Source: Roseibacillus sp. (lineage in GTDB: Bacteria; Verrucomicrobiota; Verrucomicrobiia; Verrucomicrobiales; Akkermansiaceae). Taken from it: a DNA stretch of 64,000 bases. Made by a program: the position numbers and the translations under genes. Location of the stretch: the NCBI GenBank assembly GCA_965242925.1, contig CBDEUM010000030.1:96001-160000 (forward strand). The letters are read 5' to 3'. Of the stretch, positions 50,596 to 60,969 are shown one piece after another; within the stretch, counting starts at the first letter, position 1; the number at the start of each line of letters is the position of its first letter. The notes beneath the pieces were generated by a model. That model did not search any database, was not told where the DNA came from, and worked only from the letters and a program-made list of their open reading frames with translations.

Positions 50596-53500
50596 TTGAT
50601 GATCACGAAGAAGAAAAATCTGGAACTTCTTATCCTGGCCTCGGGAACGCTCGCTCTGGCCACCACCTCAGCGCACTCCGGCACTGTCCCAACCTGGAAC
50701 TTCGGAAATAATGGTGACGGCACGACCCAGGGATGGACGGTGACGAGTGGCCATTTCGCTAATGATGGCAACGGTATTGAGCCCGCTCAGGCCAATGGCA
50801 ACAGGGCTCACGACGCCGCTCACCCGGTTGCGGTCCTGACCTCCCCGACCATCAATTTCGGCAGTGTGCATGCGAGCGACAGTGTGATCGATATTCTTTG
50901 GGAAGGGGGACGGGGAAACCAGCAAGACTCCGCCGACCCTGCGAACCTGGCTGCGGTGATGAACTATAACGGCGGCAACACGAACAACACCGGCCAGAAA
51001 GGGGTTGGCTTTCGCAACCTGACCACCGGGGCCTATGATCTTGTCGATTACGACCCCCAAGACGGTGGCGGTATTCAGACCGGTTCATACACCTTGGCTG
51101 ATCTGACCGCAGCGGGCATCGATGTCGGCGCCAGCTACCAGTTGGATTTCTTCACCACCGACGATGGTGGTTGGGGTTGGACTCGATTGAACGAGGTCAA
51201 CCTCGATGCAAATGCGATCGCTCCCGTGGATCCGCCGTCGACAGACAACGACAACGACACCCTCCGCGACACCTGGGAGCAGGCCCAGACAGGCAACCTG
51301 ACCGACCTGGACGGAACGGCCTGGGACGGCAATGGCGTGACCCCCGGACCCGGCGCGGCAACAGGTGACTTTGATGGAGATGGCAGCAGCGACAGCCAGG
51401 AGCAGGACGAGGGAACCGATCCCGCCAATGCCGATAGCGACGACGACGGCTCCAGTGACGGCGAGGAAGCTGACCTTGGCACCAACCCGCTCAATGCCGA
51501 CAGCGATGGAGATGGCCTGCTCGACGGGGTGGAGACCGGCACCGGCACCTTCGTCAGTGCCAGTGACACCGGCACCGATCCCCTCAATCCCGACACCGAC
51601 GGAGACAATGCCTCCGACGGGACCGAGGTCACCCAGAACACCGATCCCAACGATGCCGCCAGCAGCTCCTGTCCGTCCACGCACTTAACCCTGGCACTGT
51701 GCCAACCTGGAACTTCGGAAATAATGGTGACCGCACGAACCAGGGATGGACGGTGACAGTGGCCATTTCGCTAATGATGGCAACGGCATTGAGGCCGCCC
51801 AGGCAAATGGCAACAGGGCTCACGACGCCGCTCACCCGGTTGCCGTCCTCACCTCCCCGACCGTCAATTTCAGCCTCCTCAATGTGAGCGGGACCGGCAA
51901 TGTGATCGATATTCTCTGGGAAGGGGGACAGGGAAACCAGGACGGCATTTCCCCCGACCCTGCGAACCTGGCGGCGGTGATGAACTATAACGGCGGCAAC
52001 ACAAACAACGCCGGTCAGAAAGGCCTCGGGTTCCGTAACCTGACCACCGGGAACTATGATTTTGTCAGTTACGACTCCGAGAACGGTGGCGGAATTCAGA
52101 CGGATTCATTCACCCAGGCCGATCTGGTCGCCAATGGCATCGATCCCGGCGCCAGCTATGAATTGGATTTCTTCACCACCGACGATGGTGGTTGGGGCTG
52201 GACTCGATTGAACGAGGTCAACGTCCATCCCGGCGCAATCGCTCCCGTGGATCCGCCGTCGACAGACAACGACAACGACACCCTCCGCGACACCTGGGAG
52301 CAGGCCCAGACAGGCAACCTGACCGACCTGGACGGAACGGCCTGGGACGGCAATGGCGTGACCCCCGGACCCGGCGCGGCAACAGGTGACTTTGATGGAG
52401 ATGGCAGCAGCGACAGCCAGGAGCAGGACGAGGGAACCGATCCCAGCAATGCCGACAGTGATGATGACGGCCTCACCGATGGGGAGGAAGCTGACCTTGG
52501 CACCAACCCGCTCAATGCCGACAGCGATGGAGATGGCCTGCTCGACGGGGTGGAGACCGGCACCGGCACCTTCGTCAGTGCCAGTGACACCGGCACCGAC
52601 CCGCTCAATGCTGACACCGACGGAGACAATGCCTCCGACGGGACCGAGGTCGTCAATAACACCGATCCCAACGATCCCGCCAGCAGCCCTGCCCGTCCAC
52701 CACTTACCCCTGGCACCGAGCCAACCTGGAACTTCGGAAATAATGGTGACGGCACGATCCAGGGATGGACGGTGACCAGTGGCCATTTCGCTAATGAGGG
52801 CAACGGCATTGAGGCCGCCCAGGCAAATGGCAACAGGGCTCACGACGCCGCTCACCCGGTTGCCGTCCTCACCTCCCCGACCGTCAATTTCAGCCTCCTC
52901 AATGTGAGCGGGACCGGCAATGTGATCGATATTCTCTGGGAAGGGGGACGGGGAAACCAGCAAGACGCCGCCAACCCTGCGAACCTGGCGGCGGTGGTCG
53001 ACTATAACGGTGGCAACACGAACAACGTCGGCCAGAAAGGCCTCGGGTTCCGTAACCTGACCACCGGGAACTATGATTTTGTCAGCTACGATCCCCAAGA
53101 CGGTGGCGGAATTCAGACGGATTCATTCACCCAGGCTGATCTGGTCGCCAACGGCATCGATCCCGGCGCCACCTATGAATTGGATTTCTTCACCACCGAC
53201 GATGGTGGCTGGGGTTGGACTCGATTGAACGAGGTCAACGTCCATCCCGGCGCAATCGGCCCATCTCTCCCGCCGACAGACGACGACAACGACACCCTCT
53301 TCGATACTTGGGAACAGGCCCAGGCAGGCAACCTGACCGACCTGGACGGAACGGCCTGGGACGGCAATGGCGTGACCCCCGGACCCGGCGCGGCAACAGG
53401 TGACTTTGATGGAGATGGCAGCAGCGACAGCCAGGAGCAGGACGAGGGAACCGATCCCACCAATGCCGATAGTGATGATGACGGCCTCACCGATGGGGAG

Positions 53501-55021
53501 GAAGCTGACCTTGGCACCAACCCGCTCAATGCCGACAGCGATAGAGATGGCCTGCTCGACGGGGTGGAGACCGGCACCGGCACCTTCGTCAGTGCCAGTG
53601 ACACCGGCACCGACCCGCTCAATGCTGACACCGACGGCGACAATGCCAGCGACGGGTTTGAGGTGGGCGAAAACACCGATCCGACCGATGTGTTCAGCAC
53701 TCCGGGCCCCCCCGATTTTCTCGGGGTTTGGAACTTCGGAAATAATGGTGACGGCACGACCCAGGGATGGACGGTGACCAGTGGCCATTTCGCTAACGAT
53801 GGCAACGGCATTGAGGCCGCCCAGGCCAATGGCAACAGGGCTCACGACGCCGCTCACCCGGTTGCGGTCCTCACCTCCCCGACCATCAGTTTCAGGAATT
53901 CAAGCATGGCCTCTCCGGTGATCGAAATTGATTGGGAAGGTGGACGGGGAAACCAGCAAGGCTCCCCCAACCCCACGAACCTGGCGGCGGTGATGAACTA
54001 TAATGGAGGCAACACAAACAACATCGGTCAGAAAGGCCTCGGGTTCCGCAACTTGAACACCGGGAACTATGATTTTGTCAGCTACGATCCCCAAGACGGT
54101 GGCGGCGTTCAGACTGAGTCATTCACCCGCTCTGATCTGGTCGGCGGCGGTATCGACATCAACGCCCCCTATGAATTGGATTTCTTCACCACCGACGATG
54201 GGGGTTGGGGCTGGACCCGATTGAACGAGGTGAGGGTCGATGCCACCCTTAATCCCCGGCCCCTGCTCCGTCCCCAGCTACGCATCACGCAGAGTGGCGC
54301 GAACCTCACCTTCGAGTGGGACAGCGAGGCCGGCATGATCTACAACCTGCGCAGCGACGCCGATCTCCAGCCTGAGCCGGCGCTATGGCCCATTCACGGG
54401 ACGAACGAGAACATCGACGCTACACCCCCCCTGAACACCCTCACCATTCCCCTGCCTGACGCCAATGAGCTATTCTTCGTGATCGAGGGATTCCCCAAAC
54501 CTCCGCTGGTACTTTTCGAAGATAACTTCGAATCAGGTGTGGGTGACTGGGTCACGGTTGTCAATGACCCCAGCCGCAATACCCTCTGGGAACTGGGCAC
54601 GCCTTCCGGCAGCACGGGACCGCTCACGGGCGCCGACGGCTCGGCCAACGCCTGGTCCACCAACCAGGGGGACTACGGACCAGACTCGGATATTTCCCTC
54701 CTCTCTCCGCCCATCGACTTCAGCGGGTTGCCGAGCGCGGAGTTGACCTTCGAGGTCTTCCGGGATGCCGACGGATTCGCAGACACCTCGACTGTCCGCT
54801 TCCGCCGGGTCACTGACGGTGTGCAACTGGGGCCGGACAATGCCTTGGACATGGCTCTCTTCGATATCGACTACGAAACCGAGATTATCCAGGTTCCGAT
54901 CGAGGTCCTTAACGAGACCGAGAATGTTCAAATCGAATTCAACTTCGTGAGCGACAGCAGCCTGGATGGCTACAGCGGCCTCTCCATCGACAACGTGAAA
55001 GTGGAAGGCGTCGATCCCTGA
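50596..55021 (+). CDS. Large secreted repeat protein: four ~175-aa uncharacterised domains separated by three Ca-binding DxDxDG (TSP3-like) linkers, plus C-terminal beta domains; frameshifted at about 51667-51760
   Basis: ORFs 50596-51756 and 51746-55021 join into one. Signal peptide; domain WNFGNNGDGT.QGWTVT...FFTTDDGGWGWTRLNEV four times; linkers such as GTDP.NADSDDDG. Alignment with the next repeat shows +1, +1 and -1 indels. Confidence 0.88.
50695..54240 (+). repeat. Direct tandem repeats with a period of about 1.02 kb (domain + TSP3-like linker)
   Basis: tggaacttcggaaataatggtgac recurs at about 50695, 51708, 52727 and 53729. The linker DNA is nearly identical between copies. Confidence 0.95.
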
Positions 55022-55497
55022 TGGCTCCTCAATTTGAAACCGTTGGGTAACCCTCAAGTTTCCTTCGGAGCTTCCTGTTGATGAACTGTCAATCGGCCGG
55101 ACTTTGTCCAGTCCCTCCTCTTAACGGCGGCCCGAATACAACGACCTCACTCGGTCATCTCTCAACTCGTTCGGGAAGTCCTGGTTGAACCAAGGCGGCA
55201 GTTTCGCTCTCTTCGATCTTACCGTGCTTGGGAGGGTGACACCCGAAGCGGAAACCTGCGGGGCACTTTGCTGGCGGGCGGGGAGATTGCATGGAGAGAT
55301 TTTGCTCCTTCGACAAACAGCTTAGTGGCGATGAACCTTCGACGCCCGGTGTCAAATCACAGTCCAGGGCGTCCCAGGGCGAACTGCGCACTGCCATTGC
55401 CTGCTCTCTGCGTTCACAGCTTGCCCGCCGAGCCCCTGAGACAACGTCAGATAAGAACGCCACCTGGGAAGCGGATCACAGAGCCCCGTCTCCTCTT

Positions 55498-57372
55498 CTA
55501 CTTGGGAGGCGCACCATTTCCTTGGGCGATCATGCCCCGGACGACGGTCAGATTCCGCCGGGCATCTTTGTGGTCGGGTTGAACCTCGAGGGCATACTCA
55601 AGATAAGTAACTGCGCGAGCGAGTTGCCCTTGTTGGGCAAGCGTCATTCCGAGGAGGGCATTGAAATTGGCCGAGTGGGGATTCTCCGCCACCGCCTTTT
55701 CCAAGCAGGCTTGGGCGTCGGCCCATCTCTTCTGTGCGATCAAAAGACCGCTCAATATTTTGTGGTTCTTCTCCTCTCGCGGATTGCTCTTAATGGCCTG
55801 CTCGAGATGGCCCGCAGCCTCGCCAGTCTTTCCCTTCTCGATAAGAAGGGTAGCCAGATTGGTGTGGGATCGGGCGTGATCAGGCTGAACACGCAACGCC
55901 TCACGGAAACTGGCTTCGGCCAGCGCGTGTTTCTTCTGGGAGATATAGGAAATTCCCAGATTGTTATAGGGCCCGGCATTCTCGGGAAACATCTTGATCA
56001 GTTCCTGATTCTCGGCGGCGGCAGATTGAGCGTAACCGCGCTGTTGCAGGTAGGTTGCAAAACGATATCGTGCCTCGAATTGGTTGCGTCGGCGCGCCAC
56101 GGTTGGCACTGGCAGGATGCGTCCAGGGACCGCAGCCGAGCGGGCAAACCGTTCACGCAGGGTGCCTTTCGAATGCTGGGTGTCGGCCGCAAGGTCGTCG
56201 ACATTCAAGCGCCCCTTGTAGATGACGGAGATGCGGCCATTGCCGTCGATCAGGAAACTGACCGGAACCGGCAAGGGCTGCGAGCTGGTGATCAGGTCAT
56301 TGTGGATCTTCTGGAGGTAGGCGATCAGCTTCCTGGGAGCTTGACCGGTGGTGAAGGGCAATTTGAGACGTTTGGCAAGTTTGCGGGCGACCGATGCGTC
56401 CACGGAGTCATCCAGCTGATCAACCGCCAAGGCGAGGACCTCAATGCCTGCGTCACGAAGCTCGTCATTCCGCTCGGACAGTTCCTCCAATTCGCCCACA
56501 CACGGCGTGCACCAACTGGCCCAGAGATTCAGTAAGATCGATTTCCCCTTCCCGGTTGGGAACTTCCGCACCTCACCGGAGAACGTCTGGTAGCTCAAAT
56601 CCGCCATCGGAAGCAAGGTCGCGAGCGGAATGCGGGCCGTGCTGTCCGGGTCAGGCAGGGTGACAGGCACGGGCGAAATTGCGGTCTCACGGCGTTTGGT
56701 GGCTGCTGGCACCGCCACCCCGCTGCCCTGAACCAGCCGATGGCGTCGATCGATTTCCAGACCGGTGAATGTTTCGATCTCGCCGCCCGGCCATCGCACA
56801 CGCACCAATTCGATCTTCTCTGCTCTGCCCAGCCCGAAATGCATCCACTTGGTGGATTGGGAGAGGAAGGAATCGCCGGCTCGCAGCGTCTTGCTCAGCG
56901 CCGGTCGCGTTGAATTACTCGAAGATCCGCCGGCCAGGACGACCTCCACCCGCGCGCCAATCGCGTCCCGGTTTGTGGTTCCGCCAGCTCCCTGCAGGCG
57001 CAGGGCGAGATGGTGGTTCTCCGACGGGACATCGTTGCGGAAAAATCGGAGCCGCGGGGCGTTGCGATTGGAAATCCACACGTCAAGGTCGCCATCGTGA
57101 TCCCAATCGACGGTGATCAGCGCTCGTCCATCATCCGGCAAATCGATTCCCGATGTCGCCGAGATGTTGGCGAATCGAGCGACAGGTGCTGCGCCCGCCA
57201 CAGTCGAAGCCGTGGTCGTGTTCAGGAAGCAGCAATTCCGCTCCCTGCCACTGTAGGAGCGCCCACGGCGAATCATTTCGCCAAATGTGGCGTTGGCCCG
57301 ATCCAATTCACTCGATCGCACTTCGTTGACATCGTTCAGGGAGCGCGACACGACCTGCCGCCAGTAGAAACT
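55498..57372 (-). CDS. C-terminal part of an FG-GAP/ASPIC-UnbV (CRTAC1-like) protein with a TlpA-like thioredoxin domain and TPRs; in frame with the upstream ORF across a UGA
   Basis: SFYWRQVVSRS..., SYSGRERNCCFLN, DWDHDGDLDVW, NRDAIGARVEV...GDSFLSQSTKWMHFGLG...VRWPGG (ASPIC/UnbV), NLWASWCTPC and C-terminal TPRs. Confidence 0.88.
   Translation of the reverse strand, partial: SFYWRQVVSRSLNDVNEVRSSELDRANATFGEMIRRGRSYSGRERNCCFLNTTTASTVAGAAPVARFANISATSGIDLPDDGRALITVDWDHDGDLDVWISNRNAPRLRFFRNDVPSENHHLALRLQGAGGTTNRDAIGARVEVVLAGGSSSNSTRPALSKTLRAGDSFLSQSTKWMHFGLGRAEKIELVRVRWPGGEIETFTGLEIDRRHRLVQGSGVAVPAATKRRETAISPVPVTLPDPDSTARIPLATLLPMADLSYQTFSGEVRKFPTGKGKSILLNLWASWCTPCVGELEELSERNDELRDAGIEVLALAVDQLDDSVDASVARKLAKRLKLPFTTGQAPRKLIAYLQKIHNDLITSSQPLPVPVSFLIDGNGRISVIYKGRLNVDDLAADTQHSKGTLRERFARSAAVPGRILPVPTVARRRNQFEARYRFATYLQQRGYAQSAAAENQELIKMFPENAGPYNNLGISYISQKKHALAEASFREALRVQPDHARSHTNLATLLIEKGKTGEAAGHLEQAIKSNPREEKNHKILSGLLIAQKRWADAQACLEKAVAENPHSANFNALLGMTLAQQGQLARAVTYLEYALEVQPDHKDARRNLTVVRGMIAQGNGAPPK
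57345..57361 (-). promoter_or_regulatory. Candidate bacterial SECIS element
   Basis: UGA (57375-57373), an 11-nt spacer, then GCGGCA-GGUCG-UGUCGC: a 6-bp stem with one G-U pair and a G/U-containing apical loop. Confidence 0.65.
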
Positions 57373-58281
57373 TCACAAGTCATCCGGATCGTCGCCGGTA
57401 ATATTCCCGTTGGCCACTGCCAGGTCCTCCCATCCATTGTTATTGATATCGATAAAGCTGGTCCCCCAGGCCCAGCGGGCCCTGGCCACGCCGGCCTCCT
57501 CGCTCACGTCCTCGAACGGGCCGTTATCGAGATTCTTCAGCAGAGTGCTGCCACGCGCAAAACGTTGAAGCCGCGTCCGGACCTCCGGTGATGCATTCGG
57601 TTTAAACTGCTCCTGAAAGGTGATTCGGTTGCCGGCCGACGAGAACATGTTGCTGATGTAGACGTCCATCCAGCCGTCGCGATTATAGTCACCCCAGGTA
57701 ACCGCCATTCCCGAAGCGCTGTCCTCGACGTCGGCTTCGCCAGCAACGTCTACAAACTTGCCCCCGTTGTTACGGTAGAGGCAATTCCGTCCGAAGTCAT
57801 TGGCGACGTAGAGATCCTGGTCGCCGTCGTTGTCGTAATCTTCCCAGGCCGCGGCCAAACTCCAGCGCCCGTTGTTGCTGTCCAGCCCGACCTCGGCAGT
57901 CACCTCACGGAAGCTCCACTTGCCTTGATCTGTTGTTTCATTGCGGAACAGGCTGTTGTAGCCGCCGACGTTGGAATCGTGATAGACAAACCGTCCTGTA
58001 ACGACGCCTCTCGATTCCGACTCAGGACCCGCCGAGCCATTGCGCCAATAGGTGCAGACGTAAAGATCCAACCGGCCATCCTGGTCGTAGTCCGCTGCAC
58101 TCAGAGACATCAGATCGTGGGCGGTCGGCAACAACGTCCGATAATCAAAACGGCCGTCGCCGCGGTTGGCGGCCAGCACGATGCCCCCCATAATTGCGAC
58201 CGCGAGGTCCTGGTCCCCGTCGTTGTCCAGGTCCACCAGGAGGGCACTGCGCGATCCCTCGAGCCAATTCACGCCCGCCAC
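57373..58281 (-). CDS. Middle part (FG-GAP repeats) of the ASPIC/UnbV protein, ending at an in-frame UGA
   Basis: DLDNDGDQDL, ADYDQDGRLDLY, EDYDNDGDQDLY, GDYNRDGWMDVY and DINNNGWEDL; ends ITGDDPDDL-UGA. Confidence 0.88.
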   Translation of the reverse strand: MAGVNWLEGSRSALLVDLDNDGDQDLAVAIMGGIVLAANRGDGRFDYRTLLPTAHDLMSLSAADYDQDGRLDLYVCTYWRNGSAGPESESRGVVTGRFVYHDSNVGGYNSLFRNETTDQGKWSFREVTAEVGLDSNNGRWSLAAAWEDYDNDGDQDLYVANDFGRNCLYRNNGGKFVDVAGEADVEDSASGMAVTWGDYNRDGWMDVYISNMFSSAGNRITFQEQFKPNASPEVRTRLQRFARGSTLLKNLDNGPFEDVSEEAGVARARWAWGTSFIDINNNGWEDLAVANGNITGDDPDDL

Positions 58282-59288
58282 TTTTCCGATTCGTCGCGCA
58301 GGGTGCCGTCGGCGTTCTGAACATAAAGCCTGTTAGGCAGGCCATCCTCCTGACAGAGATAGAGATCGTCCAATCCATCACCGTTGACATCACCAAGCGC
58401 CACCCCCGGAATGCCGAGCCAGAAAAAATATTGCGTATCCTGAGTGCGGTGCAGCCAGTGACTGAAACCACGGCCAATCTGTTGCTGGTAGGAGGCGTTG
58501 GATCCCAATACCGACTGAGTGCAATCGGAAAACAGGGTTCGCCCGCCGGTGCGGGAAGTCACCTGCTCGACATCGCTCACGTCGAGCTGCAGGAGCAGCG
58601 GCCGCGAGTCGCCGGCACTCATGGCCCAACGCGCACGCCACGTCGCGTGCTGTTCGATGACGCCCATTTCCGTGATCCCGGAAATCGCCACATACTGCTG
58701 GGTGGTAAACGATTCGATCTCCTGCTGGACCCGGAAAACCTTCACCTCGAATCGCAGTTCTGCGGCGCCTTCAAGAAGGGTTCCGATCTCGCCAATTGCG
58801 GCCTCGATCTCTGCGATACCTCGTCGGGGGGCTGCATCCGGTTGGGCCGCCATGCGTTCGACGGTGAGGGTGGAATCCGTATAGACCACCTCAGATCCCT
58901 TCGGTTGCAGCCCATTAAAAGAAAAGCCCTCCGCGACGATTTGTCTCAGAGCCGCATCATCCATTTGCCCGGGATGCAGAATCATCTTACCGAGGCGCTT
59001 GAGTTGCTCCTTGGCATGTTCACTGAGCGCCTCGCTGGGCCATCCGTCGGCGCTGGGATCATCCAAACGTTCCATCGGAACGCTGGGCGGTGAGGGCACC
59101 TGGTACAATTGGCCGGTTGAGGCACCGGATTCCAAGACTTCATCCGAGCGATTGGCCAGAATCATTACTATGATTGCCGCCACCGCCAAAACAGCGATGG
59201 CGACTCCGACGAGCACCCGGCGTCCCTGCTTCGATGAGCGAAGATTGGGTTCGGATTGTTGAGTGATGCGGTTATCCGACGATTTCAT
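58269..59288 (-). CDS. N-terminal part of the same FG-GAP/ASPIC protein, separated by a frameshift near 58278
   Basis: Signal anchor RRVLVGVAIAVLAVAAIIVMILA; first FG-GAP repeat GDVNGDGLDDLYLCQ...PNRLY. ESEKW continues as GVNWLE in another frame. Confidence 0.85.
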   Translation of the reverse strand: MKSSDNRITQQSEPNLRSSKQGRRVLVGVAIAVLAVAAIIVMILANRSDEVLESGASTGQLYQVPSPPSVPMERLDDPSADGWPSEALSEHAKEQLKRLGKMILHPGQMDDAALRQIVAEGFSFNGLQPKGSEVVYTDSTLTVERMAAQPDAAPRRGIAEIEAAIGEIGTLLEGAAELRFEVKVFRVQQEIESFTTQQYVAISGITEMGVIEQHATWRARWAMSAGDSRPLLLQLDVSDVEQVTSRTGGRTLFSDCTQSVLGSNASYQQQIGRGFSHWLHRTQDTQYFFWLGIPGVALGDVNGDGLDDLYLCQEDGLPNRLYVQNADGTLRDESEKWRA

Positions 59289-59528
59289 GGCAGGATCCTC
59301 AGAAGAGAGCCCTGATAGCTCTCGGGACGAAAAATGCGAGGACGTTTCCTTCTTATTACCTGTCGATCACTCTCGTTATCTCATTAACGCTTACGGCACG
59401 GCCCGAGGCACCTGAAAGAGCGATGGGCAGGAGGAACCCAGAGGATGCAGAATAAAGATCTGCCACCCGCCAAGGAAAGTTTCCTTGGCCCCTCCCCCTC
59501 ATTCAGGTTCAGCCCCCCTTTTTGGCAC

Positions 59529-59564
59529 AAAAAAACCGGGGCGGCCTGTGAAAGCCGCCCCGGT
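59529..59564 (-). terminator. Rho-independent terminator after PEP-CTERM gene 1
   Basis: Minus strand ACCGGGGCGGC-TTTCACAG-GCCGCCCCGG followed by T7. Confidence 0.88.
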
Positions 59565-59592
59565 GTAAAATATCGTCAACGCTGTCCGGCCA

Positions 59593-60285
59593 CTAGCGGC
59601 GGCGGCGGAGCAAGGCGAGTCCGCCCAAGGCCAAGAGGGCCATGGCAGATGGCTCGGGAATTGCACCGATCGCATTTGCATCAAGGTTGACCTCGTTCAA
59701 GCGAGTCCAACCCCAACCACCATCGTCGGTGGTGAAGAAATCCAACTGGTAGCTGGCGCCGGCATCGATGCCCGCTGCGGTCAGATCAGCCAAGGTGTAT
59801 GAACCGGTCTGAATACCGCCACCGTCTTGGGGGTCGTAATCGACAAGATCATAGGCCCCGGTGGTCAGGTTGCGAAAGCCAACCCCTTTCTGGCCGGTGT
59901 TGTTCGTGTTGCCACCGTTATAACCGGTCACCGCAGCCAGGTTCGCAGGGTCGGCGGAGTCTTGCTGGTTTCCCCGTCCCCCTTCCCAAAGAATATCGAT
60001 CACACTGTCGCTCGCATGCACACTGCCGAAATTGATGGTCGGGGAGGTCAGGACCGCAACCGGGTGGGCGGCGTCGTGAGCTCTGTTGCCATTGGCCTGA
60101 GCGGGCTCAATGCCGTTGCCATCATTAGCGAAATGACCAGCTGTCACCGTCCATCCTTGGTTGGTGCCATCTCCGTTATTTCCGAAGTTCCAAGTCTGCA
60201 CTGTCGCACCGTTCGCGGATACAGACAGAAGAGCAATGGTTCCCGCCGCGAGGGCGATGCCTTTTGTAAGTGGGTTCTTAATCAT
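59593..60285 (-). CDS. PEP-CTERM sorting domain protein (copy 1)
   Basis: Signal peptide, the ~175-aa shared domain, and C-terminal IPEPSAMALLALGGLALLRRRR. Confidence 0.95.
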   Translation of the reverse strand: MIKNPLTKGIALAAGTIALLSVSANGATVQTWNFGNNGDGTNQGWTVTAGHFANDGNGIEPAQANGNRAHDAAHPVAVLTSPTINFGSVHASDSVIDILWEGGRGNQQDSADPANLAAVTGYNGGNTNNTGQKGVGFRNLTTGAYDLVDYDPQDGGGIQTGSYTLADLTAAGIDAGASYQLDFFTTDDGGWGWTRLNEVNLDANAIGAIPEPSAMALLALGGLALLRRRR

Positions 60286-60567
60286 TTCTTTGGGTAATAA
60301 TGGGTCGGTGCATTCAAGCGGTGACGGCCCTTTTTTAAAGCGGGAGGGGTTCCAGACAAGACTTTTCTTACGAGAATTTCAGTCCACCGCCATGCCTTGG
60401 TATCTAGATGTTCTTTTGAACAGAGTTCTGCCCCCTCATTTTGAATGAATTTGCGGTGCATACCATACACAGAGAGACTGGAAAACGGCTTTCCACTCCT
60501 GATTTATTGGAAGCCCAGGGGCGAGACCAAGCCATCCACCCGAACAAGGGGAAAGGAACCAGTCCTC

Positions 60568-60690
60568 TCATCGCTTTTCCCGGAACTCAGGATTCGGCTT
60601 CATGGCCTCCGCTTCCACCCTTGCAGGACTTCGTTCAACTCGTTCACCAGCTTCGTCTCCTTCGCCGCCAGGTTCCTTTTCTCCCCGATA
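60568..60690 (-). pseudogene. Duplicated 3' fragment of the sulfatase gene
   Basis: Matches 61943-62078 but lacks 13 nt (cgctcccaccctg); it has no start. Confidence 0.85.
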
Positions 60691-60901
60691 GCTCTCGGGA
60701 CGAAAAATGCGAGGACGTTTCCTTCTTATTACCTGTCGATCACTCTCGTTATCTCATTAACGCTTACGGCACGGCCCGAGGCACCTGAAAGAGCGATGGG
60801 CAGGAGGAACCCAGAGGATGCAGAATAAAGATCTGCCACCCACCAAGGAAAGTTTCCTTGGCCCCTCCCCCTCATTCAGGTTCAGCCCCCTTTTTTGGCA
60901 C

Positions 60902-60937
60902 AAAAAAACCGGGGCGGCCTGTGAAAGCCGCCCCGGT
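60902..60937 (-). terminator. Rho-independent terminator after PEP-CTERM gene 2
   Basis: Same hairpin and T7 tract as 59529-59564. Confidence 0.88.
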
Positions 60938-60969
60938 GTAAAATTATCGTCAACGCTGTCCGGCCACTA

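Noticed and set aside
55022..55497. 476-bp gap between convergent genes as a possible ncRNA or gene remnant
   Set aside because: I found no recognisable motif, tRNA (including tRNA-Sec) or convincing structure by eye.
55291..56535. 414-aa ORF on the + strand
   Set aside because: It is mostly antisense to the TlpA/TPR region of the ASPIC gene and has no motifs.
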